Positions 18,036 through 27,376 of a stretch of 44,295 bases of DNA are shown here, piece by piece. Under the pieces are notes generated by a model that worked only from the letters and a program-made list of their open reading frames with translations, ran no database searches and had not been told where the DNA came from. Origin of the DNA: a virus (lineage: Duplodnaviria > Caudoviricetes); the IMG/VR virus record IMGVR_UViG_3300033067_002050, positions 1 to 44,295 of that record. One strand, 5' to 3'. The position numbers and the translations under genes were made by a program. Numbering within the stretch: position 1 is the stretch's first letter; each line of letters starts with the position of its first letter.

Positions 18036-19498
18036 TACTAAATACTGACCTTGCCCCCGAATACCTGATAAAAAGAATACCATTTCTTAAAACATTTGAA
18101 AATCGCTCAACACCAAAAACAGCGGCTTTTCAAAAAATAACCTTTAATTCAAATGTAAAGATTGATATCGGCGACGAATCATATGTCTTCCCACATTGGA
18201 ATATCGCAATTCAATGCGATTACATGAGAGAACAAATAAATGATAACTTCAGATTTACATTTACAATAGAACCAGAAATTATCGTTACCAAACCAAAAAA
18301 TATGAACCCACTACTATTCACCGTCCTGAATATAGTGCTTAAAAAAAACCAAAAGACCCTTACGCTTAATAAAGATATCATGTCAAAACAAGAACATCTA
18401 ACCAAAGAACAACTTGATGATATAATCAATGATGCCAATAAAATCTTTTTTATGATAGAAGAACAACATTTATCGGCACCAGAAGCAATTAAATCACCAC
18501 TAGACGAAAAAGTAATCAAACAAAAAATCAATATACTGGAAAACCTGCGTAACCTCCCACAAAACTTTGACGCTGAATTTAATCAAACAGGTAGCGGAAA
18601 ATCAATCCATGGCAAACCAAACCTGCCAAACGCTTCCGCTATGCAAATTGCTAAAATGAAAGCCAGAATCACACAAGCTCACCAAATAGCTAAAACCTAC
18701 CGTGAAGCTTACCAAAAAAACCTAAATACCTTCAACGTTATGTGGCAAGGTACAGAATATACCTGCAAAATACCTGACGGATTCAGAGAAAAAACAAACC
18801 CAGCTGGACAAAAAACCGATTACCTATATTACTTCGATTACCCAAATATCGGCGACGGCGGATTCCAAATCGCCATGGATAAAACTGGATTCATGAAAGC
18901 AAAACATATCCGCTCAAAAGCCGATATGAACCAAACACCTAACCTAGCAGCAGCTACCGATGCCGGTTACCAAAAAGACTACGAAGGACGTACCAAATAC
19001 TTCTTCGTACAAGCAGGTGTAAAAGGAAAATTTCAAGAAAACGGTTACTCCGTTTTCCCATCACCAGCCATGGACGCTGCCGTGAAAACTCTCATATCAT
19101 TCCAAACTGATATCATCGACTTTATCAGCGGAAACCTAGGATATACCTCAGACGCAAAAGGAAAAGACCTAGCCAACAATATGAACCTTGAAGATAAAAT
19201 TAAAAAAGTAAGACTAGACGCTGAACAAATCCTTAAAACCGATAAATCACTCGCATTTAACCCAGTCTGGACAGCATTCAGAGAAAACCTGTTAAAAAAA
19301 TATAATAGCGAAAAATCTATATTTAACTTCGATATCAACTCAGAAGTCGATGCATTCGTAGAAACCTTTAAAAACAAAAACCCTTTCAATAACCAAAAAC
19401 CTAAGATTGGACTCCCACAAGATGAAATAGACGCTTGGGAAAAAGAACAAAAAGAAAAATTGGCCAGATTGATAGCAGCAAGAGCTAGAAAACACTAA
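18032..19498 (+). CDS. Hypothetical protein (488 aa)
   Basis: Long ORF coupled to the nucleotidyltransferase. Confidence 0.8.
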   Translation: MILNTDLAPEYLIKRIPFLKTFENRSTPKTAAFQKITFNSNVKIDIGDESYVFPHWNIAIQCDYMREQINDNFRFTFTIEPEIIVTKPKNMNPLLFTVLNIVLKKNQKTLTLNKDIMSKQEHLTKEQLDDIINDANKIFFMIEEQHLSAPEAIKSPLDEKVIKQKINILENLRNLPQNFDAEFNQTGSGKSIHGKPNLPNASAMQIAKMKARITQAHQIAKTYREAYQKNLNTFNVMWQGTEYTCKIPDGFREKTNPAGQKTDYLYYFDYPNIGDGGFQIAMDKTGFMKAKHIRSKADMNQTPNLAAATDAGYQKDYEGRTKYFFVQAGVKGKFQENGYSVFPSPAMDAAVKTLISFQTDIIDFISGNLGYTSDAKGKDLANNMNLEDKIKKVRLDAEQILKTDKSLAFNPVWTAFRENLLKKYNSEKSIFNFDINSEVDAFVETFKNKNPFNNQKPKIGLPQDEIDAWEKEQKEKLARLIAARARKH

Positions 19499-19500
19499 AA

Positions 19501-19980
19501 TCAATGCGTCGCATAATAATTGATATACGACTTCAAACATTTGGATTTTAACTCAATCCAACGCTCCATGTTTATCCTGATTCCTAACTTCTTCGCTAAC
19601 TTGGCCCCCTCATCCCATGCTAAAAACTCTTCCTCCAAACTAGCCACAGCATATGACTTCCTACGAACAAACTTCCTAGGACCATTGTTAAATGCCTTCT
19701 GCTCAGCATACGCCGTTACAGGAAACTTTTTCTTGAACTTTACCCAATCCTTCCTCAATTCATGATGACCTAACTCATGCAAAAATAAATACGTCTTTAA
19801 CTCAAGCGTATAATCCTTCTCAATATAAATGCTATATGGAGTATTCAATGACTTCTCCTTCTTATTCATAAACGATATCCCCTTATGATTAAGCACAACC
19901 TTCTCATACCCCTCAGCATAAGCATAGTTTATCAACTCATCCAACGCTCGTTTATAACTGTAACGCATAGGAAACCTCAT
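19501..19980 (-). CDS. ImmA/IrrE-like HExxH metallopeptidase-like protein
   Basis: FLHELGHH...EEEFLAW. Confidence 0.65.
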   Translation of the reverse strand: MRFPMRYSYKRALDELINYAYAEGYEKVVLNHKGISFMNKKEKSLNTPYSIYIEKDYTLELKTYLFLHELGHHELRKDWVKFKKKFPVTAYAEQKAFNNGPRKFVRRKSYAVASLEEEFLAWDEGAKLAKKLGIRINMERWIELKSKCLKSYINYYATH

Positions 19981-20020
19981 TTTCTAATAAATATTTCAAC
20001 CAACACCTTTCAACAATATT

Positions 20021-20446
20021 TTATCCAAATTTAACCTCCTCCAATCGAAAAATTTTATCCCCCTTGAAATAATAATTGTAAATCAAACAATTGGGACTCA
20101 AATGACGTAAATCTGGAAACAACGTATCCCCAATACTATTATTATCAATATGACTTATATGCAATTCCGTGAAATATGACGCATACTTCTCATACGTCCG
20201 CCTCCCACCAATACACCAATCTATCAACTCCTGTGACTTAAACACACCCTGAAAATCCTCCCGCCTATCCAATATCACCGTTCTACCCTTTAACTCAGGA
20301 AGCGTCTGAAATGTATTATAACCAACCAATAACGTAGAATTCTCTGTCAAACGCTTAAAGTGTTGAAAATCAGACTTGCAATGCCATGGAAGACCAGAAT
20401 TAAGCCCAATATAACCTAAATTATTTACAGCAAGAATACCCTTCAT
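20021..20446 (-). CDS. Dihydrofolate reductase
   Basis: IG..LPWHCKSDFQHFK..T..LLVGYNT..LKGR..IGG..GDTLFP. Confidence 0.92.
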   Translation of the reverse strand: MKGILAVNNLGYIGLNSGLPWHCKSDFQHFKRLTENSTLLVGYNTFQTLPELKGRTVILDRREDFQGVFKSQELIDWCIGGRRTYEKYASYFTELHISHIDNNSIGDTLFPDLRHLSPNCLIYNYYFKGDKIFRLEEVKFG

Positions 20447-20489
20447 AAAATGGAGTTTTTACAACTATACATAAAAAAATCCATAAAGC

Positions 20490-20690
20490 CAAATTTTTCA
20501 CGTGAAAATTTCTGGAAAAAAAATTTTTGAAAAAGGGGGTACCTCTTAAATAAAGTCAAAAATTTCTGGAAAAAAAATTCGAGTGCGGTATCGTCCCCCC
20601 TATTAGGGGTATGGTAGGGGGGGTATGTAAGGGGGGTAACGGGGGGAGGGGTGGTATAGGGTTAATGGGGGGAGGGGTATGTACCCGTTC
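20490..20690. other. Non-coding G-run/A-tract locus, candidate replication origin or genome landmark
   Basis: Palindrome TTTTCACGTGAAAA (20495-20508); direct repeat AAAATTTCTGGAAAAAAAATT (20505, 20559); many G3-G7 runs at 20606-20677; apparent skew switch. Confidence 0.5.
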
Positions 20691-20889
20691 TATTCAGGTG
20701 TATGAGCCTTGTGTTATATCCAATCAACTGATAGTCATTTAATTGTCTGCGCATCTGCGAGACTTCATTTATTGTATAATTTCCTTCAGTCAATTCACCG
20801 CCAACTGTTTCAGCTAACTTAATATCAGGAGTATAGTTCAATTGGTTTGTGAACCAAGAATAACCGTTAATTAATAATTCATACCACAT
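20662..20889 (-). CDS. Hypothetical protein
   Basis: ATG 20889 just downstream of the promoter repeat at 20908. Confidence 0.55.
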   Translation of the reverse strand: MWYELLINGYSWFTNQLNYTPDIKLAETVGGELTEGNYTINEVSQMRRQLNDYQLIGYNTRLIHLNRTGTYPSPH

Positions 20890-20965
20890 AGTTGCCAATT
20901 TAGAACTCAAATATAAGACTATTTTTAATACCAGCCAAATTTATTTTTAGTGGCTGAGAACGAGT

Positions 20966-20989
20966 AAGGGGCTTTGCAGCCCCTTTTTT
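20966..20989. terminator. Terminator hairpin
   Basis: AAGGGGC-TTTGCA-GCCCCTTTTTT. Confidence 0.7.
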
Positions 20990-20991
20990 GG

Positions 20992-21582
20992 TTAGAGTGT
21001 CAGGCCGTTGATTTTCAGGTCTTCCTTCCGGCCTAATTTAAACTGTTTGTATTTTGTTTCCCGGAGGTCAGCTGCTTTTTTAATCTGATTCTTAGCAATC
21101 GTAAGGGCTGCTGAATTAACAGTTTTGTAATTACCCTTTTGGATTACTGTCTTACGAACCATCAGGCCGTACAGGTACAAATAGCCGTCCTGTACTTTCA
21201 GGCCTTTAGCGATATGTTCATAGGCATCCTTTTGGGCATCACTGGCTTTGATTGTGGCATCACCTTTAGCCCTTAATTCGTCTTTTACGGATTCATCGGC
21301 TAACCTTTTACGCAGGCTTGTAACGAGGTCAGCATGAGCCTGTAAAACGATTCCTTTGTCGATATTGGTTTCCATTGTCAGTGGGTCAAAAGCCAATAAT
21401 TTTTGCAGGTCGTTTTTCAGCATATTGGTATAGTCGATACCAACAAGAAAGGTCTGGTTTGAAATTTCCCCTTCTTTATTTTGGTAATTTTGCACCCCTA
21501 CAAAAGACGTACCTTTGATGTTCTTTACAGATACGATTGTCAGAAGGGTGGCCAGAAGGTTGTTTGTTTTAACGAGTGTCAT
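20992..21582 (-). CDS. Hypothetical early protein
   Basis: 196 aa, own promoter at 21602. Confidence 0.85.
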   Translation of the reverse strand: MTLVKTNNLLATLLTIVSVKNIKGTSFVGVQNYQNKEGEISNQTFLVGIDYTNMLKNDLQKLLAFDPLTMETNIDKGIVLQAHADLVTSLRKRLADESVKDELRAKGDATIKASDAQKDAYEHIAKGLKVQDGYLYLYGLMVRKTVIQKGNYKTVNSAALTIAKNQIKKAADLRETKYKQFKLGRKEDLKINGLTL

Positions 21583-21723
21583 AGTAGATTGTTTTAGAAT
21601 ACAAATATAGGACTATTTCACATACCAACCAAATTTATTTTTGACTTTATTATGTGGATAACTTTATTTGGTAGATTGAAATAAATGTTGTAACTTTGCA
21701 CATTTTTCTTATTGGGCGATTAG

Positions 21724-21783
21724 AAAGTTCTGGGTAGAGTGGAGTATACTTCCCGCTTCGCAGCGTCTTGTCCTTTGACAGGT
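21724..21783 (-). ncRNA. Candidate small RNA, copy A
   Basis: Promoter followed by GTCAAAGGACAAGACGCTGCGAAGCGGGAAGTATACTCCACTCTACCCAGAAC; no ORF. Confidence 0.6.
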
Positions 21784-21819
21784 CAAAGATAGGACTATTT
21801 TTAATATAAACAAAAAAAA

Positions 21820-21843
21820 AAGAGGACTTTTTTTGTCCTCTTT
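21820..21843. terminator. Terminator hairpin (near-identical copy at 22173-22197)
   Basis: AAGAGGAC-N7-GTCCTCTT. Confidence 0.7.
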
Positions 21844-21864
21844 CTTTCCTTTATTTTGCCGGGT

Positions 21865-22119
21865 TTATTTTACGCCAGCCAGCTTTTTTAATTCGGCCTT
21901 GATACGTTTGGCATCCTCACCACGCCATGTGGTGGCATTGGCAAGGAAATACAGTACCATAGATTTGCCGGAATCTTGTCCGTAGTTATCGGTGATGTTG
22001 GTCAGTGATTCGAGGGCTTCAAGGTAAGGAACGGCACCGAAGTAAACCTTAGGCCATGTTTTGCGGATTTCGCTGGCAATTACGTGAAGCGGACGGGTTG
22101 TTGTTGCTGTTTGTGTCAT
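21865..22119 (-). CDS. Hypothetical early protein
   Basis: Own promoter; YFGAVPYL..YFLANATTWRG. Confidence 0.85.
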   Translation of the reverse strand: MTQTATTTRPLHVIASEIRKTWPKVYFGAVPYLEALESLTNITDNYGQDSGKSMVLYFLANATTWRGEDAKRIKAELKKLAGVK

Positions 22120-22206
22120 ATTGGTTTGATTTAGGATACAAAGATAGGGCTATTTTTGATACTACCAAAAAAAAGAGGACTTTATTTTGTCCTCTTTTCT
22201 GTTTTA

Positions 22207-22542
22207 TTAGTTCCCTTTATATTCGGGGATATATTCGATTTCTTTATCAATGGCATCGAAAAGCATATCGAAATACAGGCCAGTGATTTCTTTCTTTATT
22301 TCACCTTGCAGGGTTGTGATATGAACATCATACAGGTCTAATCCGTTGACTGAAATATATACATGACCTTTGTGGTGGTGGCCTTCAGATTTGAAGCGGA
22401 GGGCTTTATTTCCCATATTGGTAAAGGCATGAGCACCCCAAGACCAAAATTTAGGGCCATAGGATTGAAGTAGTTGCAGGGTTTCATGAACGTTCATTGT
22501 CCTGCAATTTTTGAATGTTTCGTGAAAATTGATTTTTGCCAT
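22207..22542 (-). CDS. Hypothetical early protein
   Basis: Own promoter; WSWGA..HKGHVYI..DLYDV. Confidence 0.85.
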   Translation of the reverse strand: MAKINFHETFKNCRTMNVHETLQLLQSYGPKFWSWGAHAFTNMGNKALRFKSEGHHHKGHVYISVNGLDLYDVHITTLQGEIKKEITGLYFDMLFDAIDKEIEYIPEYKGN

Positions 22543-22593
22543 AGTGGTTTGTTTTAGGATACAAAGATAGGACTATTTTTGATATTACCAAAA

Positions 22594-22767
22594 TTATTTT
22601 CGTCTTGCCGGATATTTTTTACGGAATAACATAATAGACTCCTTTTGATTGTATCCTATATATTTTTCTCGATACCCGTCCCTTTCGATTAAAGTTAGTT
22701 GAGGGTATTTCGTTATGGTCATTCTGTTGATTATACGGATAGAAAGCGCATTATTCAATAATTCCAT
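22594..22767 (-). CDS. Hypothetical early protein
   Basis: ATG 22767 after the promoter at 22786. Confidence 0.65.
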   Translation of the reverse strand: MELLNNALSIRIINRMTITKYPQLTLIERDGYREKYIGYNQKESIMLFRKKYPARRK

Positions 22768-22888
22768 GTGGCTTGTTTTAGACTTCAAAGATAAGACTAT
22801 TTTTGATATTACCAAAATAAAAATAAGACTATTTTTATTTTTTTGTTTCAGAATATTGTTCTATATTTGTGTCCTCAATCAATCAACT

Positions 22889-23092
22889 ATGGCAAAGACA
22901 CAAACATGGATTTTCTTTTATGAAGGCGAAGACTTCACAAAATACAAGGTATCTGAACGGGAATGTAAAAAGCCGGAACGTACCAAGAATTGGAATGAAA
23001 CGAGGGAATGTATTAAAATCCCGTTTCGCTCGTTTGGGGCTATGATAAAAGAGGATTTTGAGAAATATGATTATAAGGAACACGTAAGATAG
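22889..23092 (+). CDS. Hypothetical early protein
   Basis: ATG 22889 after TATATTTG at 22862; hairpin at about 23118-23141. Confidence 0.7.
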   Translation: MAKTQTWIFFYEGEDFTKYKVSERECKKPERTKNWNETRECIKIPFRSFGAMIKEDFEKYDYKEHVR

Positions 23093-23178
23093 TAATATGG
23101 GTTAGTTTTAGTAAGTTAGGGGTATTGAAAAATATCCCTTTCTTTTTTTGGTGGAATGAATAAATAGTCTTATCTTTG

Positions 23179-23230
23179 ACTTGTCAAACAGGACGGGACG
23201 CTGCGAAGCGGGAGGTATACTCCGACCTAT
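23179..23230 (+). ncRNA. Candidate small RNA, copy B
   Basis: ACTTGTCAAACAGGACGGGACGCTGCGAAGCGGGAGGTATACTCC after the promoter at 23147-23178. Confidence 0.6.
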
Positions 23231-23306
23231 GTGTTATTTTTTTATATGTTAAAAATGAAGAAAGCCCGTGGAAACGGGCTGACTTTATTCTGGCTATAAG
23301 AAAAGA

Positions 23307-23552
23307 CTAATAATCCGGGCCATCCTGAAAAACCTGTTCGGCTTCCCAATTATCACGGTCGCTTCCCTCATCAAAAGGCAACCCCTCATCATCGGGATAT
23401 TCGCCGTTCATATACTCCCATTGACGCTCTTCATTCTCAAAATACTCAGGTGCATCGTGACGGTTACAGGTTTCAAACTGGTCATCTAAGAATTCATCGG
23501 GTTCGTGAAACTCTTCAGGCTGAATCTGGGTGTCAAAATCGTCGTAAGTCAT
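23307..23552 (-). CDS. Highly acidic small protein
   Basis: Asp/Glu-rich 81 aa, own promoter. Confidence 0.8.
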   Translation of the reverse strand: MTYDDFDTQIQPEEFHEPDEFLDDQFETCNRHDAPEYFENEERQWEYMNGEYPDDEGLPFDEGSDRDNWEAEQVFQDGPDY

Positions 23553-23604
23553 AGTGGTTTGTTTTAGAATACAAATATAGGACTATTTTTGATATCCACC
23601 AAAT

Positions 23605-23835
23605 TTATTTTACCCGATAAAAGTGGATATAAGATAAGTCCTTGGTATAGGCAACTCTTAAATTGCCGGGGTATCCCCAGTAAGCGCCGCCTTTATCGTA
23701 TCCGCCGCTATCGAGTGGTACTTTACAATCATATATACGTTTATCCGTTGGCTTATGGGTTCCAACCTCAGGCCGTCCCATTGGTGCGCCGTATTGACAA
23801 TTTACAAGGGTTATGATTTGGTTTAATGTGCGCAT
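23605..23835 (-). CDS. Hypothetical early protein
   Basis: YGAPMGR..GYDKGGAYWG; stop abuts the next promoter. Confidence 0.8.
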   Translation of the reverse strand: MRTLNQIITLVNCQYGAPMGRPEVGTHKPTDKRIYDCKVPLDSGGYDKGGAYWGYPGNLRVAYTKDLSYIHFYRVK

Positions 23836-23978
23836 AGTTGATTAATTTAGGGGTTAAAAATCAGTAAGGCATGAATGTACTACGGTAACAATTAAGTTCG
23901 CTCCTTCCATATATTTACTACTTTATCTCCCCGCTGATTTCAATACAAATATAAGACTATTTATTCAAACCACCAAAT

Positions 23979-24188
23979 TTAATCCAATTGCCAGTCATGT
24001 TCCTCCCAAAATTTATTTTCACACTTAATAGTATGTTCCTCACTAGCAATATCACTAGCGGCTTCAATTACTTCTGATTCGGTTATGCCATCAAAAAGTA
24101 TATCAATCGCATCTTTTTCGGTAAAGGTTTCAACGCCTTTTTTTGTTAACTCTTCATTGAAGAGGACAAGAGCATCATTTTTTGTCAT
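23979..24188 (-). CDS. Acidic hypothetical early protein
   Basis: Own promoter. Confidence 0.75.
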   Translation of the reverse strand: MTKNDALVLFNEELTKKGVETFTEKDAIDILFDGITESEVIEAASDIASEEHTIKCENKFWEEHDWQLD

Positions 24189-24262
24189 AGTGGGTTGTTT
24201 TAGAATGCAAATATAAGACTATTTTTGATATCAGCCAAATTTATTTTGATTCTTTTTTTAAA

Positions 24263-24322
24263 GTAGAGTGGAGTATACTTCCCTACGGGGTTGCTCCAGT
24301 AGTCTGTCTTTGTTTGACAAGT
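24263..24322 (-). ncRNA. Candidate small RNA, copy C (diverged central hairpin)
   Basis: ACTTGTCAAACAAAGACAGACTACTGGAGCAACCCCGTAGGGAAGTATACTCCACTCTAC. Confidence 0.55.
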
Positions 24323-24424
24323 CAAAGATAGGACTATTTTTTGACATGACCAAATTTATTTTTAGAAAGATTTATTTGGTAATATGAAAAATAGTCTTAT
24401 ATTTGCATCCTAAAACAATCTATT

Positions 24425-24718
24425 ATGACACCATTTGAACAAGCTCGTAAGGCCGTTGCTGAGGGAAGATTAGATACTCCGTCAGTATCCAGTGTAAAAG
24501 GAACCATTGATTACTTCTGGTTTCAGCTGGTTAGCCATCATTTTTATATGAAAATCTTTGCCGCTGGTATGACAGCAAGGGGTGCAAACCTTAAGACCTA
24601 CAAAGTGTATTACGGTTTGAAAGGCAGAAGTGCCAAGGATTGCCTTCCTCAGTTTGAGAAAATCATGAATGATTACAAAGCGGAACTGGATGCGAAGCAA
24701 CAAGCGGCCCAGAATTAA
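24425..24718 (+). CDS. Hypothetical early protein
   Basis: Promoter at 24375-24405 and terminator at 24723-24746. Confidence 0.85.
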   Translation: MTPFEQARKAVAEGRLDTPSVSSVKGTIDYFWFQLVSHHFYMKIFAAGMTARGANLKTYKVYYGLKGRSAKDCLPQFEKIMNDYKAELDAKQQAAQN

Positions 24719-24722
24719 ACAG

Positions 24723-24746
24723 AAGCCCCTGAGGGGCTTTTTTTTT
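24723..24746 (+). terminator. Rho-independent terminator
   Basis: AAGCCCC-TGA-GGGGCTT followed by a T-run. Confidence 0.85.
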
Positions 24747-24763
24747 GTGTTATATGTATTGAT

Positions 24764-24779
24764 GTACACAAAAGTGTAC
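24764..24779. repeat. GTACAC-N4-GTGTAC palindrome (family)
   Basis: Other copies at 25085, 31864, 42651, 43533; degenerate at 43214; half-sites at about 42683 and 44230. Confidence 0.85.
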
Positions 24780-24886
24780 TGGTCAGGAATCGCCTAGGAA
24801 TGGCTTTAAACCAAAATCCCTCTACCATTTACTGGAGAGGAAATTAAGGTCTAAATCAAACTACTAATCTTCAATCGGGTTATTAA

Positions 24887-25069
24887 TTACGCTTTTAAGA
24901 GCTTAATAGTATCTTGTAATTGTTTAAAGGTTGCTAGGTTGATTGTTTCTTTAACCTCAGGGTAATACTTTAAGAGAAAGCTTTGCATTTCAGTCTTAGA
25001 GTTTAAACTCACTTCATTGGCGGCTTTTCTTTTTTCGCACATCAACTCAAATTCTTTGCTTAGTGTCAT
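24887..25069 (-). CDS. Hypothetical protein
   Basis: Likely start near 25069. Confidence 0.6.
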   Translation of the reverse strand: MTLSKEFELMCEKRKAANEVSLNSKTEMQSFLLKYYPEVKETINLATFKQLQDTIKLLKA

Positions 25070-25099
25070 GATGGTTGGGTTTATGTACACAAAAGTGTA

Positions 25100-25204
25100 C
25101 TATTCATTGCCTTTCCTTATGGTTTTAACGAATGCAAGGACTATAAAGCAGATTACCATAAGAAATATTAATTCAGTTGTTGTACCATTAAATGGAATAA
25201 ACAT
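25100..25204 (-). CDS. 34-aa single-transmembrane peptide (not in ORF track)
   Basis: MFIPFNGTTTELIFLMVICFIVLAFVKTIRKGNE*, after the promoter at 25221. Confidence 0.6.
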   Translation of the reverse strand: MFIPFNGTTTELIFLMVICFIVLAFVKTIRKGNE

Positions 25205-25258
25205 TTGGATAATTTTAGGGCAAAGATAGGGGGAATCTTTTGATTCCCCAAATCTATT

Positions 25259-25465
25259 TTAGGCTGGTGTTACCGTTCCTTGTTTCAGGGCAAAGGGGAA
25301 GTAAGCTTTGCCTTTCAGGTTCATTTTGCGGAGGAAAGCTTTTACTCTTGCTTCATCACCGTTGAGGTACATGGTTTTTTCCCGGCCAGCGTAACGTGTT
25401 TCAACGTTATCTTTTCCGGCGAGATTGCGGAGTGTTTCTTTCGTAGAGGTTGCAACTGTTGGCAT
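25259..25465 (-). CDS. Hypothetical early protein
   Basis: Own promoter. Confidence 0.75.
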   Translation of the reverse strand: MPTVATSTKETLRNLAGKDNVETRYAGREKTMYLNGDEARVKAFLRKMNLKGKAYFPFALKQGTVTPA

Positions 25466-25537
25466 AAAAAATTGTTTTTAGTTTGATTTGATTTATTAAC
25501 GATGTAAAGATAATACTATTTTTGTTATCCACCAAAT

Positions 25538-25750
25538 TTATTTTGGTAAATAGGGTTTAAGGTCATGATGAGAAAGGTCATTCAGCTTTAATATTTCCAC
25601 ATCTTTGAATGAATTGGGGTTCGGTCTGTGAGAAATAGATATCCATGAATCTACTCCATGGGTATCACCATCAAGACCAATAGATATTTCCACGTTATAC
25701 TTTTCCAGTAAGTCGTAGAGTTCTTTGATGAATTGAGGTTTATTTTCCAT
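25538..25750 (-). CDS. Hypothetical early protein
   Basis: Own promoter. Confidence 0.75.
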   Translation of the reverse strand: MENKPQFIKELYDLLEKYNVEISIGLDGDTHGVDSWISISHRPNPNSFKDVEILKLNDLSHHDLKPYLPK

Positions 25751-25805
25751 GTGTTGTTTGATTTTGATACCTCAAAAATAAGACTATTTTTAATACGAAC
25801 CAAAT

Positions 25806-26354
25806 TTATCTTGATTTGGCAATGGTTCGTCCCATTGAATCTTCAATCTCATATTTCCAGCCCTTGAATCGGTTGCGAATGATTTTTTTAATTACCGCAA
25901 TCAGTTCCTCTTCACTTTCCCAGCAATTGGTTTCACTCCCAACCCTATAACACTCCCAACGTTCAGGGTCATCAAATATTTCTTGGCTGGTGAGTTCACG
26001 GACCACCGAAATTTGATAGCTCTTTGCATCATTGGGTTTGAACTTATCAAACGAACCACTGATACTAGATTGACATTTCTTTCCGTCTTCTATATATGAA
26101 AGGTTGGGGTCAGAGAGATGTATTTTAGCGTAGTAATGAATAGCGCCAATAGAGATGCCACGCCATGAGGTAATCTTGGCCTGTATGATACCACTATATC
26201 GGTCACGGGGAAGGGTTGTGTATTCCGTACCTTCATCATCCTTGAACTTAACTCCAACACCAAAATCCACAGGAATAATATCGGGGAGGGTTCCTTCACC
26301 GTATTCAACCTGACAATGTTTCAGGGCTGTTTGGAGTGCTGTTTCTTTTGCCAT
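25806..26354 (-). CDS. Hypothetical early protein (probably leaderless)
   Basis: -7 box lies 4 nt before the ATG. Confidence 0.8.
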   Translation of the reverse strand: MAKETALQTALKHCQVEYGEGTLPDIIPVDFGVGVKFKDDEGTEYTTLPRDRYSGIIQAKITSWRGISIGAIHYYAKIHLSDPNLSYIEDGKKCQSSISGSFDKFKPNDAKSYQISVVRELTSQEIFDDPERWECYRVGSETNCWESEEELIAVIKKIIRNRFKGWKYEIEDSMGRTIAKSR

Positions 26355-26369
26355 GATGTAAAGATAGGA

Positions 26370-26462
26370 TTATTTTGTTAAAGCGCCAAATATTGTGAAT
26401 GCCAATATCAGTGCAATCCAGATAAGGGATACAGTGACAGGCCAATTTTTTTCTGTTTTCAT
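26370..26462 (-). CDS. 30-aa single-transmembrane peptide (not in ORF track)
   Basis: MKTEKNWPVTVSLIWIALILAFTIFGALTK*, ATGA-coupled. Confidence 0.6.
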   Translation of the reverse strand: MKTEKNWPVTVSLIWIALILAFTIFGALTK

Positions 26463-26671
26463 TGGATTGTGATATTTTTGATTTTGGCAATGTAGTTTAC
26501 ATCATTCATATCATAACAGAAGACCATACGGTCTGACATTGGAATGCCAAGGAACCGGAAGCCTTGATGAATTTCATAACAGATATTAGGCACACCCTTG
26601 TAATAAAAGTACTTGTACTTAAGGAAGTAACCAGTATCGGGGTTAAAGAGGAATTTCCAAATACGTTTCAT
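26459..26671 (-). CDS. Hypothetical protein
   Basis: ATGA-coupled. Confidence 0.65.
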   Translation of the reverse strand: MKRIWKFLFNPDTGYFLKYKYFYYKGVPNICYEIHQGFRFLGIPMSDRMVFCYDMNDVNYIAKIKNITIQ

Positions 26672-26874
26672 GCTGTTTTAGTTGTTGGTTTATTAGTTAT
26701 ATGATGTTTTACATATCTTAAAACATTACAAAAAAATATAAGTTGGTGTATATCCGCACTTGGGAATTCAGCCAATTCTCTAACAGCATTTTCAGCTTCA
26801 GTAATAAAAGTTTTCTCACCAAGCTTTTTTATATTACGCTCAACGTATAATTGATAAGGAAGTTTTTTTGCCAT
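26668..26874 (-). CDS. Hypothetical early protein
   Basis: Own promoter. Confidence 0.7.
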   Translation of the reverse strand: MAKKLPYQLYVERNIKKLGEKTFITEAENAVRELAEFPSADIHQLIFFCNVLRYVKHHITNKPTTKTA

Positions 26875-26925
26875 GATTGATTGATTTAGATATCAAAGAT
26901 AAGGGTATTTTTTCAAACCGCCAAA

Positions 26926-27231
26926 TTAATCTTCAAGCCATTTATACATATCCCAATCATTCTCTTTGGTCAGCCGGAAAGCAGCATCAGGAATCTTCTC
27001 ACAGGTTTCATCAATATCGCAATAAATAACACGCATTTCCTTATAGCGCCGGGATTTACGTACTATCAGCGTATTGATAACATTGGTCTTCACACCTGTA
27101 ATCATTTTGAAGTGGTTCGATAGGTTCTCAAGGGTAGAAATGATTGAGTGGATATTATCGGTTGATTCACCATATCCGGCAATGTAGAAAAGCTTTTTAT
27201 CTGATTCGGAGTAGAATAATTCTTTTGCCAT
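26926..27231 (-). CDS. Hypothetical early protein
   Basis: Own promoter. Confidence 0.8.
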   Translation of the reverse strand: MAKELFYSESDKKLFYIAGYGESTDNIHSIISTLENLSNHFKMITGVKTNVINTLIVRKSRRYKEMRVIYCDIDETCEKIPDAAFRLTKENDWDMYKWLED

Positions 27232-27261
27232 GGTTGTTGATTTGAGAAGTCAAAGATAAGA

Positions 27262-27330
27262 CTATTTATTCATTCCACCAAATAAATGTTTGCGCAGGGC
27301 ATATCTTGCATTATCGTCACACCATTGGTT
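27262..27330 (-). pseudogene. Orphan original C-terminus of the RNase H
   Basis: NQWCDDNARYALRKHLFGGMNK* versus the active end NEWCHINAKAAVQPKIKNYPV*. Confidence 0.75.
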
Positions 27331-27376
27331 TTTAGTCACACCACTGATTTTTATCTCTTTCTACATATTTATAAAT

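Noticed and set aside
23179-23230. tRNA or known self-cleaving ribozyme for the repeated small element
   Set aside because: No cloverleaf or T-loop and no hammerhead CTGATGA/GAAA core; left as an unknown ncRNA candidate.
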